Shown here piece after piece: positions 1 through 14,450 of a stretch of 64,000 nucleotides of DNA. The stretch is taken from positions 13,826,001-13,890,000 of the forward strand of contig CM114271.1 of NCBI GenBank assembly GCA_050084515.1. Reading direction: 5' to 3'. The notes beneath the pieces were generated by a model. It did no database searches, was not told the origin of the DNA, and saw only the letters and a program-made list of their open reading frames with translations. This DNA comes from Blasia pusilla (lineage: Eukaryota). A program made the position numbers and the translations under genes. Numbering within the stretch: position 1 is the first letter of the stretch; each line of letters begins with the position of its first letter.

Positions 1-1074
1 TGCGTTCGTCTCAATAAATGTCAATTTTTTTTACTTCCATCAGGGGAGTGAGAGCGTGAGCAGCATCTCAACTCTGCAAGTCTATAAACATGCAAGAGGA
101 AGGCCAAAAGCTATAGTGATTTTGTTGGTTATGTAGCCACCAACAAGAGATCAAACTTTTGTTGCACTTCACTATGGAATTTTTAGCTTCTGAAGGTTGG
201 TTAAGTCCGCTCATTAAGTGATGGCTTTGGTTGCAGTTCTCTATCGCGCGCATGTGACAACAAAATTTGGGATTCTATTTGGTATAGTTGCATCTTTATG
301 TAGCTTTAATTTTCTTCACACAACTCCAACTTTGTAGGATCTAGCCTTGTTCTTTTGGCTCATATCTCATCTTCATATATATCCAAAATTTCTTTGATAG
401 TTGATGAAAATACTAGAAAACGATAGATCATAGGTGGAGATCTAAATAGCATACTTCACAAGAAGTATTGCAAGCACCTATTTGTTATTTGCCAAGTTGA
501 ACTAGGTTGGTCATCCACTTCTATTGCATACTTGGATGCACTCTTCAACCTATAATCCATGATCATTGTCATTTGCCTAATTCAATTGATGCAATAGTTA
601 AGTGCAAGAATCTCATTTCCAAACTATGGTACCTCTTTGTGAAACTATTCTAGTCTACTTGTTATTATACACCAATAACTATGTTTTCTTTTTTAGCATT
701 GTGTGTAGGAGTGGATCCATATTGGCTAGACATAGGACTTTTGAATATCAACAACTTTGCATCAAGTACTTTTCTTGAACTACAACCCATGTGTTAATTC
801 TTTTAAGTAGACACTATGTATGCTTGGACCCATATTTAGTTTTAAACCCCCACTACAAGATGAGAGTAGATGTGAATAACAATGAAATTCAACACCATAA
901 ATTGTATACCTGTTGGAGCTTGTTAGTGAATTGTGAGAGACAAACATTGTTTGTTTTATCATCCTTAGTTGCTAACAATAACATGTAATATCTAAAGGTT
1001 GTCCGTACTACTAGTAAAGCTTTTTCATCACAAAGTCACAGACCTCTTGTGTATGTAGTAATGTCTAAGTTATT

Positions 1075-3657
1075 ACATAAACACGCACGATCCCATGCTT
1101 ACTCATGGCATTCAAACAACCAGACGAGAAGTACCTAAATATCTCCAATTGCCCCCATAGTTGATGGTTAGGTCCCTCTAACTCTAGATAGCCATCTATC
1201 CCTACCTACCATCATATATATCTCTTGGACGCTAAGAGCAAAAAGATCAGGTGCTCATGTGGCCCCATCGTCTTCTTTTCATCCATGTCACAGACACAAG
1301 TCAAAATTTAGAACTACGTATTCTATGTACATGTGGAACACATCCATTGTCCCTGAGGAACCCTAGTGAGAGGTGGCGTCCAACATGCCATATGTCATCC
1401 TCTCGAACATCCGTCACAGACTAGCATTGTTGTCGCGACCCTCATGACCAAACAAGTGCCAAGCGGAACATCGGAACATTAGCGGGCTCACGCTAAGATG
1501 GTTTGCGCGTTGGAGTTGTCTCAAAGAGGAGACAAGAGACGAGACGCGAGCGAGGAGTCGCGTTTTAGATGTTATGGTCGCGACTGAGAAACCTGGCCCA
1601 AACGCGGAATGAGACTTGAAGAAGTCGAGTCTAGGAAGTGGGTTGCCAACGGAAAGATCCGGATTTGGAACGCCACTAGCGTTTGAGAGTTTCCGATTGT
1701 ATTTATGACCATAACTTTTAGCGCCAAGATGCGTTTAGAGAAAATAAGGGTGCGTTGGAAAGCTTATAGAGAGCCGGTCCAAACGCACCAAAGATCGCTG
1801 CAATCGCATAAGCAGCGGCCGAGATACAACCCGAAAACGACTGTAAGTGGAGTCGGGTTGAGGGCCACAATGAAGGGTCCGACCCTCTTTTCCCAAAGGG
1901 GAGGGGTTATTGGAGAACCCCAGAAGTACTAGTAAGGGGGAAGGTCTCCGAGAGTGCTTGGAACCCAAACCCCACTTTGGGCGCCGCGGGGCGGCTCAAG
2001 GGCATGGAACGGAACGCGAGTTTGGGCGTTGGGTTGGAAAACCTGCACCAAGTCCATTGAGGTGATTCTAGACATCCCTCTTGGATTTCACACCGCGACT
2101 CAATTACTTGGGTCTCGGTTCGGAACTCACCCAAGGACCGTTGAACAGTTGGGATCGCTAGGCGCGTAAGTGCCGTTTCAGATCCCTGGACTAACCAGGA
2201 AGTCTGTTCCAAGTCTTGAAGGACTTGGCATGTTTTGGAAGCTAGGAACTAAGGAAGGTTGAGCTTGATGAGACGCCGAGTCGAGGACTCGGTGGGTTGG
2301 AACGCTGGTTGGCCCAGACCCGACTAACGAGAGTGCATGTTTGGGTGCAGATCGGCGATGAGTTCGTGACCTACTGAACGCACGCTTCCGCAACACTAAA
2401 GATTGACGTTCAAGGAGAGTAGGGGTGGGACAATTGTGGCTGCACCACGGGCAAAAGCACACAACATACATCGCAAGCCTGCAAGAACTGTTGTTAAGCT
2501 TGGATCAACTGTACCGTCAATGTTAGGAAGGAGACATGGCGCACAGTTACGCACATGATCCTTCCAAACCATATCATCGCGTCCCTCCAATAAGAGAACA
2601 CAAATGGCAAAACCTCACGCACTCTCAAGATAGTGCACCTTGCAGTCACATTCAAGGTCGTGGGTGCCGTCTACTGTAAGTAGACATAGTCTCCCTCATG
2701 AAACCTCCAGATAGTAGATCGATAACTACCTCTCTGAATAGTCGCATACCTCAACGTATTCCGATGTTGTGCAAATGCCAAGTTCTCAAACGCCATGGGC
2801 ATCACTCTCCAAAACAACTAAGTCCTCTGAGAACATGCTCGCATCCATACATCAAGGTCATCAAGGTTCAACACCTCACCAACATCTCAACGGATGGTCG
2901 TAGGTAAATCTAGCTCTCGACCATAAAGCAACACGTACGATGAGAAAGACGCTAAGGATGCTTGCCTGTTGAATTTGTATCCCATTGCCAACCATGGCAA
3001 CTTGAGGTCCCAATCTGCTAGGTGACCTCTATGCAAGCCATACTTACGCAATCCTCTCTTCACCATCTACACAACCCTCTACACTAGTCCATTCGCCTCA
3101 GGATGATCTCGCAAAGTGGTGCGGTGGTCGATCAGTGCCTGATCACGCAAGGCCTGAAACTCCCCTCGAAACTCTGTACCCTAGTCTGTCAACACCTCAA
3201 CAGGTGCGCGGTAATGACTCAACACTCGATCTAGGAAGGCAAATACTACTCCCTCACTCTCTTTTTCAGGCAATGCAACCAACTCTGTCCATTTCGAGAA
3301 GTGCTCGACCATCACCAACACATAACGACTATGGCGCTCCGTCAAAGATAAAGGTCTTGCAAAATCCAAACTCCATCTATAACCTAAACTCATAATCGGA
3401 AGTGGATGCAGTTGTGGAGTCAGAGGATTGAATGATACTCAGACCCGATCACACACCATGCATATGGAAACAAACTGTTGAACGTCAGTATGCATGCCTC
3501 GCCACCAATATTGTATATGGAGCAAGCTATACGTCTACTTCACTCCAAAATAACCCAACTCCTCGTGGGCATGACGCACCAAACATGCTCTCTGTGAAGG
3601 ATGAGGCACTACATGTACTCTACCATCCTCCCAAACTTGCAACACATGTGTCCCCTC
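1075..3657 (-). mobile_element. Degenerate 3' portion of a PHD-integrase Ty3/Gypsy element (integrase core, PHD finger, 3' UTR/PPT, partial B1 repeat); split by a solo LTR
   Basis: ORF 3181-3393 reads WSLDFARP...VEHFSKWTELVAL...VLTD (rve core). The PHD finger CMLC...CDGCSRG*HMAC...WMCSTC spans about 2470-1325 once 1431-2432 is removed. The 3' UTR motif at 1151-1193 is shared with 41862-41905. Confidence 0.85.
1431..2432 (+). mobile_element. Solo LTR, family A (~1.0 kb)
   Basis: TGTCGCGACC...GGGACA termini with a perfect 5-bp TSD ATTGT (1426-1430 / 2433-2437). Homologous to the LTRs at 36725 and 40298. Confidence 0.92.
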
Positions 3658-6016
3658 TGTCATGACCATACAGATTATGTCGTAGAGTATAGTGTGCTAG
3701 TAGAGGCCATACCTTATGTAGGGTTGTAGTGTCTAGGTAGAGATGCGGTTTCATAGATAGGGTTGGGGGTTACTCAGTTGAGGGTGACTTTTCCAGTAGG
3801 GCCCGCTCTTAGGTTGGAGGATATAATGTGGAGTGCACTCAAAGAACTGTTAGTTTTTTGAGTTGAGCTTGTTGTATTGGGAGTTAGCCTTGGTAGTGAG
3901 TAGAGCTCTTGGCTATGGTGGTTCCCGCAAGCTTCAACCTGGATTCTCCCATCGTGGAGTGGGTTTGGCTCGATTGTATGTGATTCTATACGTGTTCTAT
4001 GACAGTAGGTCTTCCATGGATTTCACTCAAAGAACTAGAGTAGATCGATGGTAGCTTCGATTGTGGATCAGTAGGATCTGGTTAGGGTTGATTGTGTACT
4101 CAACCGTGGATGTTCGTGGCTTGTGGCCTATGTTGGAGGTATGAATCTGGTGCATGGTTGATTGGGAAAGAAGAACCTTGCGGAGAGCTTTCCAACGCGC
4201 TTTAGATCACCGGATTTTGTTAAGGGAGTTGGAAGTTATCAAGGATTGAAGATTCTGGTTCGTGTTCGACGGTTTTCCGATGTGGGGGGCTAGGAGTGCG
4301 GAAGCTCCGTTGAAGTTCATCCAGATCGGGTGAGAGGTTCCTATTGCTACCTGTATTGTGATCTCATGTGAAGCTATCTGCTTGAGTGTGTGGAGCGTTG
4401 CAGATTTTTGTGTGCATGAATCTGGGCGGAAGCGTTGTCGGATTTGCGATTCTGGAGGTGTATGGACACCAAGTTTTTCTGATTTTTAGCTCGGAGTACA
4501 GAGCTTGGTTGTAGCTAATTTTTTGTGGAGAGATATCTATGGTGACCAATTGAATTGTGGTTGAAACAGATTCAATTTTGGTTGAGGATTTGTGGAGTAA
4601 TTGCTGATCGAAATTTTGCAGCAGCAGATCGGAGGGGCTGGTTGGTTGATGATTCGCCCATTGTTGGAGATGCCTATCCCGTTAGGAGAACCTTGGTTTG
4701 GCCTCTCTCCATAGAGAAGCATGGCGAAGTGTGGCGATAGGGGCATGTCTTGAGCATTTCTCGGCGTTTCGAGGTTTCGAGGCTTCGAGGCAACTCGTGG
4801 TAGCTCGGGGCGAGTGGGCGTGAGAGGCGGAGCAAGGAGCAAGGAGCAAGGAGCAAGCAAGCAAACTTGCTTGCTTGGGCGTGAGGTAATTTTTTCAGGA
4901 TATGTGAGTTTAGTGTAGCATAACTCGTCACCCATCTTTGGGCTATTCTGCCTGGAAGACGCTTAACTGCTGAGTTCTTAACTATGCCAGTGTACACACT
5001 GGTGTAGCTCATTTGGTGATTTTAGGAGATGTATTAGGCACTTTATGCATCTCGGGTTTTTGGTTGATGAACCTCTAGCGCATAGTACAGTATAGCCTCT
5101 CCATGCATGTGATATTTTCAAGTGCACGAGTCCAACTAGCACGTCATCGACCCGCGGCGGAGTAGCTATTGTGTTAGAATTGTGTGGTGGGTTCTGTGGA
5201 TTCAGGGGGCGCCACATTTGGTGGATTGTGTTACCTTGATTTCCATTTTCCATTGGAGGGTTGTCGTTGGACTTCTTGTGTTTGGATCCCCTCCATCGTT
5301 GCTTCTTGCTTGCGCGCCCATTGTTAGGGTTGACGCTGATTTCCAGAGTAGTTTTATCGCTGTGTGCTACCGGTAGTGAGGCTGGAGTGATGACCAGTAG
5401 ACCGTGGGAGGTTTCTTGTGCTGATGACAGGTTAAGTTGCCTACACCCATAGCTAGTAGAGCTAGAATAGTACAACGACATCGACGTCTTGGTTACTTAG
5501 TGATGATTTGGTGGTGGTGCGGCATCGGCGTTGGTCATCACGGAGCTGTCTGGTGGTCTTGTTGGGGACCGTGGTACAGACAATGGTGGTTTTACATGGA
5601 GTGGATTGAGGTATCGGCTACCTTTTCCACTTTCGACGGTTGATGAAGAGGAGGACGAGGGTGTTCTAAACACAGAGTCTGCTATGTTGTTATCGAGGGT
5701 TGCAGCTCCATTGATTTGGGACATGGATGGGATATACGGGGCCATGAAGGGCCCACAATGATACTCGGGTGCAGTGGGCACCATTGAGTTGGAGGACTTC
5801 ATTCAGGAGTTTGATACGTGGTGTGATATGCAGATGTTGCGGAACGCCACATTGTTTACACCCTTCTTGGCTTGGAAGGGGTTGTTTGAACACTTAGAGG
5901 GACCACCCATGGATGATTACCATGAGTTTAGGAAGGATCATGTTGCTGAGATTGAGGCGTGGAGACAATGTTTCCACGCTATGTGTCTATCACCCATGGT
6001 GGTATTGGTAGTAGTG
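3658..6016 (+). mobile_element. 5' part of a second copy of the DNMT/PHD Gypsy family B (A1 repeat 3658-4025, self-priming site, leader, gag N-terminus); 3'-truncated
   Basis: Colinear reverse complement of about 51180-48855. The gag fragments ...GLRYRLPFPL... and GTIELEDFIQEFDTWCD match ORF 48569-49345. Confidence 0.92.
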
Positions 6017-6776
6017 TAACGCAACCAATAATAGCGAGTGGGTGGTATGGGATAGATTTAAAGGGTGGGAGAATAAAATGACGTGTCAACTTGAGGTGGA
6101 GAATCGGAATTTATGGGCCGTTTGTAGGGGCTATAAATATTACAACTTCTAGTGAAATCTCTAAGAAATATATAATGTTAACTTCCATATTAAAGATAGA
6201 GTTTATAATTTCCTGAGTTTTTTCTTGAGACCATAAGATTTCCATTTAAACGTAGCCAGATTTTCCAGTACCAAATTTAATCTGTTTTTTAATACCATGA
6301 TTTTTTTATTGAAATGGCACGATCATACGGCACCTTAATGGTGAAATGTAATCACAAGATTAAAAAGGTAAAACAATTTTAAAGAACAAGGAAAAGGCCA
6401 AGAAGAAGCAACTAACATTCTGTCTCGTACCTCTATTGTTTTGAGCTTTGAAGGATATGTACATTTCGCGGCATTGTGCTCTTACGTCGATCGTCGATTT
6501 TGCTTGGCAAGTGCTTTGCCGACGGACATTCACTGCACGCGGGAGAGTGACAGCACCAAGGAGGATCAAAGCAGGTCAGTCACGAAAGATCGTTTAGCAG
6601 TTGACTGTGATGGCATGGATGACGATGAGATTTGATTTGGAAACACGGAATTGGAGAATGCCAGGAACAGATTTGTGAAGTCGCTGTACTTCCGGATGAC
6701 CTAAGGAGACTGGAGATTGTGTGGTGTATTATTAGGTCAGGTGCTGCAAGGATATTAGCGTGGATCGGGGGTGAAA

Positions 6777-9700
6777 ATGGTGGTAGCAAATAAGTACGAG
6801 ATTGCGCAAACTGCATACGTGAAGATCGTGTTGCATGCGTTGAAGCATCAATGTAGCGCTGTAAACGGTGTCCTTATTGGCAAGGTAACCGGGTTGACCG
6901 ATGTCAATGAGAGCTCGGAAGTCAGCTCCAAAATTGAAATTGTTGATGCTGTGCCGCTATTTCATGGACAACTCGGTTTGCTGCCCATGCTGGAGCTCGC
7001 GCTGTCTCAGGTCGTCTTTTCCTTCTTATCGTTCTCAATTCCACTGTTCTTGGTTGCCAATGACGGTGGAGATACACTTAAAATTTTATCTCCCGCAGAT
7101 TCTTACACTCTGACTAGAATGAGTTTCCGGTGTGCGCAATTTCGAGATCAATGTACATGGGCTATTCAAGTATCTGTTTAGGATTTTGCGTTCTTGTGAT
7201 GGCCTAGTACGCTATTCGATCCACAGCTCTAGCTTATTTGATAGTACATTTAGGTTTGTGTTAAGGTGACCTTGTAGTAAGGCAACCTATCGAAACTCGG
7301 CAAACGTTGCACCCGTCCTTTCTCAAGGTGTATTCATTTGCGTTGCACACTTTATCAGTGGGAATCACGTTGAACAAAACCAGGAGTGGATCGTGTCAAT
7401 CCTTCGTTCGTGGAATTTTCAGCCGATTTGATCAGTTTATTCTACCATCCGGTTCAAAGCTAGTGACTGAAGTTCCTTTACACATGGAATGAGAGTTCAG
7501 CCACCAGGTTATCTCGTAGAAAATCTGCTGTGGAACCTCCCTCATCTCCCTAGAAGTTATATTATGTCATTGTAGCGTGTCTTCTAATCTAATAGTATAA
7601 CGTAGACAGGCTCGTCACATTTAAGATGTTGGTCTATAGTCTGTACGGTTCATGCCAAAATGACCACCTGGTCAATTAACTGTAGCCATGGCTACCAGTT
7701 GTCCTCCAAACTATAGAAGGTTGTAGATGTTCATGTGTAAGTGTCAGGGTTGATAAAGTCAGACATGTTAATGTGTTGCCCTCACATCTGTACTTGTTGA
7801 ATCCAAGAGAATGGATAATCCAGTTAAAACTCTGGTCGGCTCAAAGCTTAGCGGGTCGAGCATCACTGAGTCACTGATCGAGCAAGTGATATTTTTGAGA
7901 TGGGAGATAGAAGTCATGACTCATACCTATGGCATTCGTTCATGTCATAGACTGGAGCGTATTTTTAATTGTGGTGTGCAAATTTCGGAGTCTGCACCAT
8001 TCTTCTTTGTTAGAGGACTCAAGAGCGTTGAAGACTGATGATTGTGAGAAGCAGTAGCTGGAATCGTCTGCAGACGTTAGAGATGTTGAGAGAAGATTTT
8101 CAGAGAGGATTGAGGAAAACAATGTTGAGGTTGACGTCTGATTCTGCTGAAGAGATGGAGATGAGCCCGAGTATTCAAGTTAGTTTCACAGCCATAGTTT
8201 GGGTGGTTGCTCACCTTCTGTATTTTCTATCCTACTATGCATCTTACAGTGCAAAGAGTACTTCATATAGCGATATTTCAAACCTCTGAAAGATTTATTA
8301 GGCTTTGCACAGGTGGAGGAGCATCTGGCTACAAATCAAGAGGGCTTAGTGATTGCTGGTTATTATCATGCGAATGAGAGGTTTGATGATTATGAATTAG
8401 GCCTGCTGGCTCGAAGGATTGGTGATCACATTGCTCGCTTCTGTCCTCAAGCAGGTCTATTGCTGGTACATTTGCAACTCTTAGTAATTACAGTATCATT
8501 AAATGTGAACATGAGTGTATACCATACAAGCTTTAAGATGCTGTGTCAAATGTGTTGTGGCTCTCTCTGCATTGCTTGACCACGAAAATATGATTAAATA
8601 CAGTGCACCCAAAGTAGCTTTAGCTTTCAAGCAGGCATTTAGAGTTTGTTGGGATCTATTGGGCGGATGCATCAATTAAAGCTTCTTCCTGCGGTTAGGA
8701 GGGTGAAGGCTTGACATGGAGATTCGAAATAAAAAAACGAAGGATTAAATGTACCATTGTACTGTGTCTGATTTGAGGCTACCTTAAGGGTTGTTGCAAT
8801 CCATATGTTTGCTGGAGTAATTGATATTCAAGTTATATATCTATCTAAGCTTAATCTAGATCCCATAGAATACTGATCAGAAACAGGATCTCTTACTTTG
8901 ATGAGTTTTTGTTCTAAATAGTCCTTCGTATATGTCCAATTTCTTTGGCTTCCAGCTTGACAACAGGTTACTGGGATCTCTTCAGAAAGGGGCAAATAAG
9001 AAACCTGTAGTTCAGGTGAGTACTTATGGTGTGCAATGCTACACTATTATTCTGTATGGAAATGAAATTTTGGTTTCCCTGGACGGTTATGACAAAATAT
9101 AGATGCTATGTCTTAGAGTAGCTTAAGAAACCTGTGCCTATGTCACAACAGCAAATGTCTCACATTTTCAGGGTTTGTTTGGTTTTAGTTTAGATTCGGT
9201 GCAGTTTTTGGCTCTCACATACACACTTGGCTTCTAGTTAAATCTGCCGGTTAGATTATAAGACCCTTGAGCAGAGGCTTCCCTTCAACCTTCATAATGA
9301 TTTTCTAGCAGATGCTAGATTGTTGAGTGTACAGTCTGCATATGTAAGGAATGGTGGATAACTAGTTTGATAATGTCTATCATTGAAGCTCTTCACACGA
9401 GATGCAGTTCGCGGGTGGCGACAGAGTGGTGATCTATCATTGAAGGAGCCCACAGCCAACAGTATACTAAGTGATTATGTTTCTGAAAAGCGTGAGCAAC
9501 ATCTTGTCGACTTTGATGATCATTTGAATGATATCAGCAAGTAAGTCTTTGATACATAGTTACACCCATAAATTACACATGAGGTTCATGAACTTGTAGC
9601 TGGGAACACCGTTCCAGTTGTGTAATTTGGATGGAGTTGATTCTCAGTTCTTATCATAGTCAACTCTGGATTTTACACAAGAAAGTATACTAATGTTTAG

Positions 9701-10112
9701 AACTAGACTTTGTGATGTTGCTGGTGGATCTTACAGCTTTCCACCTTTCTCTATGTAAATTAGTAGTTCTTAAATGCATTACCACCCTATTGTATTGGTG
9801 GACGGAATTGCAGGGGTATCACTGAAGCTAGGGCTCTCTTCAATTCCATACAATTTTATGTTAATGACAAGTTATCTCATGCTATAATGATTCCATCCCT
9901 AGATGTAGAAGACATAATTCCAGTCTGCAATCAGGTGTGTGTTTTTATAGATATTTCTTCTACTGTGGTGGAGTAATCTGCTCTCAGCTAAACGTTTATT
10001 GCCTTCTTTTTCTAAGATAGGTTTTCTCAGGGGAATGATGGTGTTGAATTACCACTCATATTTATTTTGGTTATGGTGCAGGGACTGGTTGAACCCTGAT
10101 CTATACAACTGA
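6777..10112 (+). CDS. EMC8: ER membrane protein complex subunit 8/9 homolog (UPF0172, MPN-like), 209 aa, 5 exons
   Basis: Exons 6777-7010, 8313-8465, 8956-9015, 9389-9540 and 10082-10112 all have GT-AG junctions and join in frame (630 nt). Family motifs: AYVKIVLHALKH, AVNGVLIG, DAVPLFH, IAGYYHANE, LLDN, LVDFDDHLNDISKDWLN. Confidence 0.95.
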
Positions 10113-11752
10113 TGGATGCTTTGCTAATTTTCGTGCGTCATCAATTTTAATGCAAGTGCTCTATTACTATTCTATTTCAGGTTCTCAGTTAGATCATCAG
10201 AGTTTATTAGATAAGAGTTCATGATGATGGTCAGGAATGAAGAGCGGCAGGGGTGCTTTCATGCTTAAAAGAAGGGTTTAATATGCAAGTGTTGAAATGG
10301 TCTCTTAACTGTTAATGGTGCATGTGCTGAAAAGTAGACTTCTTGTCAAACTGCAGTTACTCGCACATCATCATATATTGCTGGTCCATACCAGGAAGGC
10401 AGGAGGTTATCTAGTTCATACACTTAAAGAAGTGGCCAATTTGCCTAAAGATATGCAAGGTTAGGTAGGAGAGCAAACGGAGTTCTCCTCAACCAATTGA
10501 TGTGCAGATTCAGTTCAGGTGCTGTCTTTGTGTAAATTGAGTTTATATTCTCCGAGGTTACTGGAAGTAATCAGGGAGAATGCTTCCAAATTATTTCATT
10601 GAAGATGTATCAGCAAGGTCCGCTGCTGTGCACATTATTGAAAAAGTTGATGTCTGAAGTCCTACAAAAATTGATGGCAGTGAATCTGATGTGACAGATA
10701 GATGGTAAGTGACTTTCACGTTGAGTGGAGAAGAATTAAATTGCTGAGCTAAGTAGAAAGTGTATGCTTTTGTTTGTGGAGGAGGGATATCCAGTGGATG
10801 GTGAGAGGAGTAGGAAACGAGTAAATGAGCAAGCAGAAAGTTAATTAAACTAGTTTACTTGAATGAGTTATTCAAGCACTGCTCCCATTTTAGCATGGAG
10901 CTTTTGTCGTCTCCTCCCTGCCTCTTAAGAAGCAAGTTTGGGTGGTATGCAGTGTTGGTGGCAATGTTTGTCTCTAATGTCCTCAGTGAGCCAAATCATA
11001 TCTTGGTTGGATTGTGTCCCAGAGAACAAAGGAAAACATACCATACAGTCTTGTCCACCACAACATGCTTGATCCGCATCTGAGATAGGAAATAGGAGTG
11101 AGAAGATGACAGGACATGTACGCTCTAGAGTATGGTTTCCCATGACTTTCCCTCACCGGTAAGGAAACCTCATTTCTAGGGCCAATTCTCCTTGTTGCTT
11201 GGGTGGCAAATACATAGTGCAAACAAAAATCAGCCATCTCTGGGCAGGCAAATTTTATATCATGTTTTTAAGTGTATTGTGTTTCTCGCCTTGTCAGATT
11301 TATAGTTGCTGTCTGGTTTCAGTTACCACAAGGAGTATGCCAGCTGCATCGGCTGTGTTGATGAGGATCTTGCCAGCTGCGTACTTAACTTATTTTAAAG
11401 CTCTTTAACCTGGGCGTGTACTGTTGCGAGGGGAAATCATTACTTAAATTGAAGTTGAATGGAGTACAAAACAATCTGCAGTTTAGTTGTGCAGATTTGA
11501 AGCCCTTATGTTAAAGATCCTGGGTCGCACGGAAGGTGACAGCAATAGTTTGATGGCTCGTTTATCTTGAATAAAAAATGAAGATTTGATCAAAATCTGA
11601 AATTAGTGCCGCAAAGCCGAAACCACTTCTTTCATGTGAGTTCCAGAGATGAATGTAGAACCTGAAATTTCTGTTCCCGTAATGTTCTGGAATGACAATT
11701 CTGAAAGCATCAAAATCCCAAAAAGGCACTTGGAAATCTCAGACGTAGATGG

Positions 11753-13012
11753 TTAGTCAGGAAAACTCCCTAACAATGCCAAGATTGAGCAAAACTCTGA
11801 GCACAGAACACTATTTTGAAGCACGGAAATCGTGTAAAAGTGCAGTAGGTGTCTTGGAAGTATGTGTCCCTTTCGGTCCCAAAGTCTAGTACTTCTTCTA
11901 TGAGACATGTCGGTTATTGTGGAGCTTGAAATTCTCTTCATCGGTATGTATGAAGTCACCTAGAGTCTGTAAACGGAAGGATCCTAAGACAAGCCGCCCA
12001 ACACGCACATATCGGCACTCTTCATATGAACATATCCCCGTTTTCTACGTTGACAAGTCCTTCAATCCAGTAGTCGGGCTTCATTTGGTTATGTTACAGT
12101 ATTTGTTTCGATTCTTCTTCGAATTATATTTTCGGTAGTTTTGTGGTTACGTCTTGGACTTCCCCATCCTTCTCTTTTAGGTGTGCCGAATTGTGTATGC
12201 GGGGATCCCATTGATGTCAAGGGTATCCATATTCTCCGATTGTGTACATGGTGAACGAACGGTTACACATGATGTCATTAGAGAGGCGGTAGCATCGGTG
12301 GCTCGTACGGCAGGATACATCGTTGGGCAAGAGCAACTCCATGTCCTACCTTCAACCACACAAGCAACCTCTCGTCGGAGAGTGGATCTTGTTATGTCTC
12401 GAGGTGGATTTCGGACATTAGGTGATGTGGTGGTTGTTGATCCAACACGTTCTTACTTGGTGTGTAGAATTGCACAAACCAAAGGTTTGATGGCCGAAGC
12501 TGCAGCAAGAATTAAGGAGTTAAGTTATGCTGTGAGACATGCAACTGACGGATTTATTCCGTTTGCAGTCGAAGTATTCGGTCATTTACATGTGCCTTTT
12601 GATACTTTCCTAAAAACATGTGCTCACCACTCCCTCGAGAATCATTACCTTGCCCCTTCCCGTAGTCCTTCTCTCTCAGTTGTTACTACTTATTTTAGGC
12701 AATGCATCTCAGTGGCCTTACAACGTGCACAAGCCTTGACATTAATACGTCGTGCGGAGGTGGTGGGAGATCGCTCGCCTCGTCGTCCATTCACGTATGA
12801 CCAACCACTCGTGTTCTTGTCAGATTTGTTTCAGACAATTAATCGTGTTGCTTGTTGAGCCGGTGTTTATGTGGGCTTGTTGCCATTTTCTTCTTGCATT
12901 CTTTTATGCTTTTTTTTACTCCTCTTTTGAGTTTTTTTTACCTTTCTTTGTCGTCTTTTGAGGCTTATTTTATAATAAAGTGGATTCAATTCCGGTATAT
13001 ATACATATATAT
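11753..13012 (+). mobile_element. 5'-truncated CRE/R2-like non-LTR retrotransposon (zinc knuckle plus restriction-like endonuclease)
   Basis: WLRLGLP...CVC...HILR/CVHG-ER...HDVIR (frameshift near 12240), then RRVDLV...DVVVVDP...KELSY...FIPFAVEVFG in ORF 12181-12858. T-rich 3' UTR ending TTATAATAAAGTGGAT. Possible GATGG TSD (11748-11752 / 13013-13017). The 5' boundary is tentative. Confidence 0.8.
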
Positions 13013-13183
13013 GATGGCCACGTCTGTATAATCATTCGAATGGCACTGATTCTCAGATTTGGTCCAGAGTTAATAGAGACGATGGAGGTTGGCCAAGTTA
13101 GGACAAAAGAGGACCACGTCAGCCCTCTCTTCAGAAGAATTTATCATTGGCAACTTTCACTCTTGATATCTGCATGATCTACG

Positions 13184-13457
13184 TGGCCTTACAATGGGCA
13201 CAAGCCTTGGCATTGATGCGTCGTGCGAAGGTGGTGGGGGTCGCTCGTCTCGTTGTCCATTCACATTTGACCAACAACTCTTGTTCTTGTCAAATTTGTT
13301 TCACCTTATCAATCGTGTAGCTCGTCGAGTCGGTGTTTGTGTTGGCTAGTTTCCATTTTCTTTTTGCATTCCATTATGCATTTTTGGACTCCGTTTTTGA
13401 GATGTTATCACCTTTCCTTGTCCTCTTTTGAGGTTTATTTTATAACAAAGTGAATAT
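13184..13457 (+). mobile_element. Short 3' fragment of the same CRE-like family
   Basis: Aligns to about 12711-12985 (GTGGCCTTACAA...TTTTATAACAAAGTGAATA). Confidence 0.8.
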
Positions 13458-13849
13458 ACTTCGTTTATTATTTCTACTATGATGCAACATTGATAGTGAC
13501 AATTTAAAAAAGAAGAAGAATTTACATAGATAAGGACAATGTCATTTTCTTTCTATTTTCTTATAGACTAGTAAGAACGCATACGCATAGATTGACCTTG
13601 ATCTTAACTTAGGTGTGGAAGAAAAGAAACTCACATGCTAAGGTGTAAATCAATTCTGGTTGGTCGATGTCACCCTTGCCCCCAACGCTTCAATGTTGTT
13701 TAGTAATCGTCGTCGGGGCATATTGCATCAAGTCAACAACATGATTTTGTGCTCAGTTTAGGAGGGTAAGAAATATAGATGGTGGGTCGAAACCATGGAA
13801 AATTGTGAGGAAGTCTCCATTGTTAATCACCCTCTTATCATCCATGCTA

Positions 13850-14450
13850 CTCAAGCAAGTCTAAATATTTGGCTACCTATTCTATGTATATCTAGGGCAC
13901 ATCCATCGATCCCGAGGAGCTTGATTTAGAGGCGGTGTCAAATATGCCATCCTTTCGAACAACCATCATGGACTAGCATTATGGCCACATCCCTAGTAGA
14001 CCCACACAACATATACCACAAGTCTAAAAGTACCACTGCCAAGCTTAGATCAATTGTACTATCAATGTTGGGAAGATGACATGGCATGATGACGCCCAAT
14101 TATGCACATGGTTCTTCCAAATCACATCATCACATCCCTTCAACATAAGAATTTTACATGGCAAAACCTCATGCATCCTTAAAATAGTGCTTCTTGTGAT
14201 CACATCCAAAGTGATCGGTGTCATGTATTGTAGGTGGATATAGTCTCCCTGATGGAACCTTTGGATCTTTGGTTGATAGCCACAGAAACACTGATAGATG
14301 GTGACGATACTCCTCCACATATGCATCCAAAAATATATTTGTGGATTGGAGAACTCAATCCTCAACATGTCCCACCACCGGATCCAACCTCTTATAGATA
14401 TTTTCCATCCAAGTCTGATCAAGAGAGTGATGAACCCTTTGTCTTCCCCA
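13850..14450 (-). mobile_element. Old remnant of a PHD-integrase Gypsy 3' end
   Basis: Part of ORF 14045-14608 (FHQGDYIHLQYMTPITLDV...IWKNHVHN) is homologous to 42022-42558. A degenerate PHD finger lies at about 13890-14010. Confidence 0.75.

Noticed and set aside
851-860. CACTACAAGA resembling a CACTA terminus
   Set aside because: No partner TIR, TSD or transposase identified. Positions 1-1070 look like an unclassifiable decayed TE.
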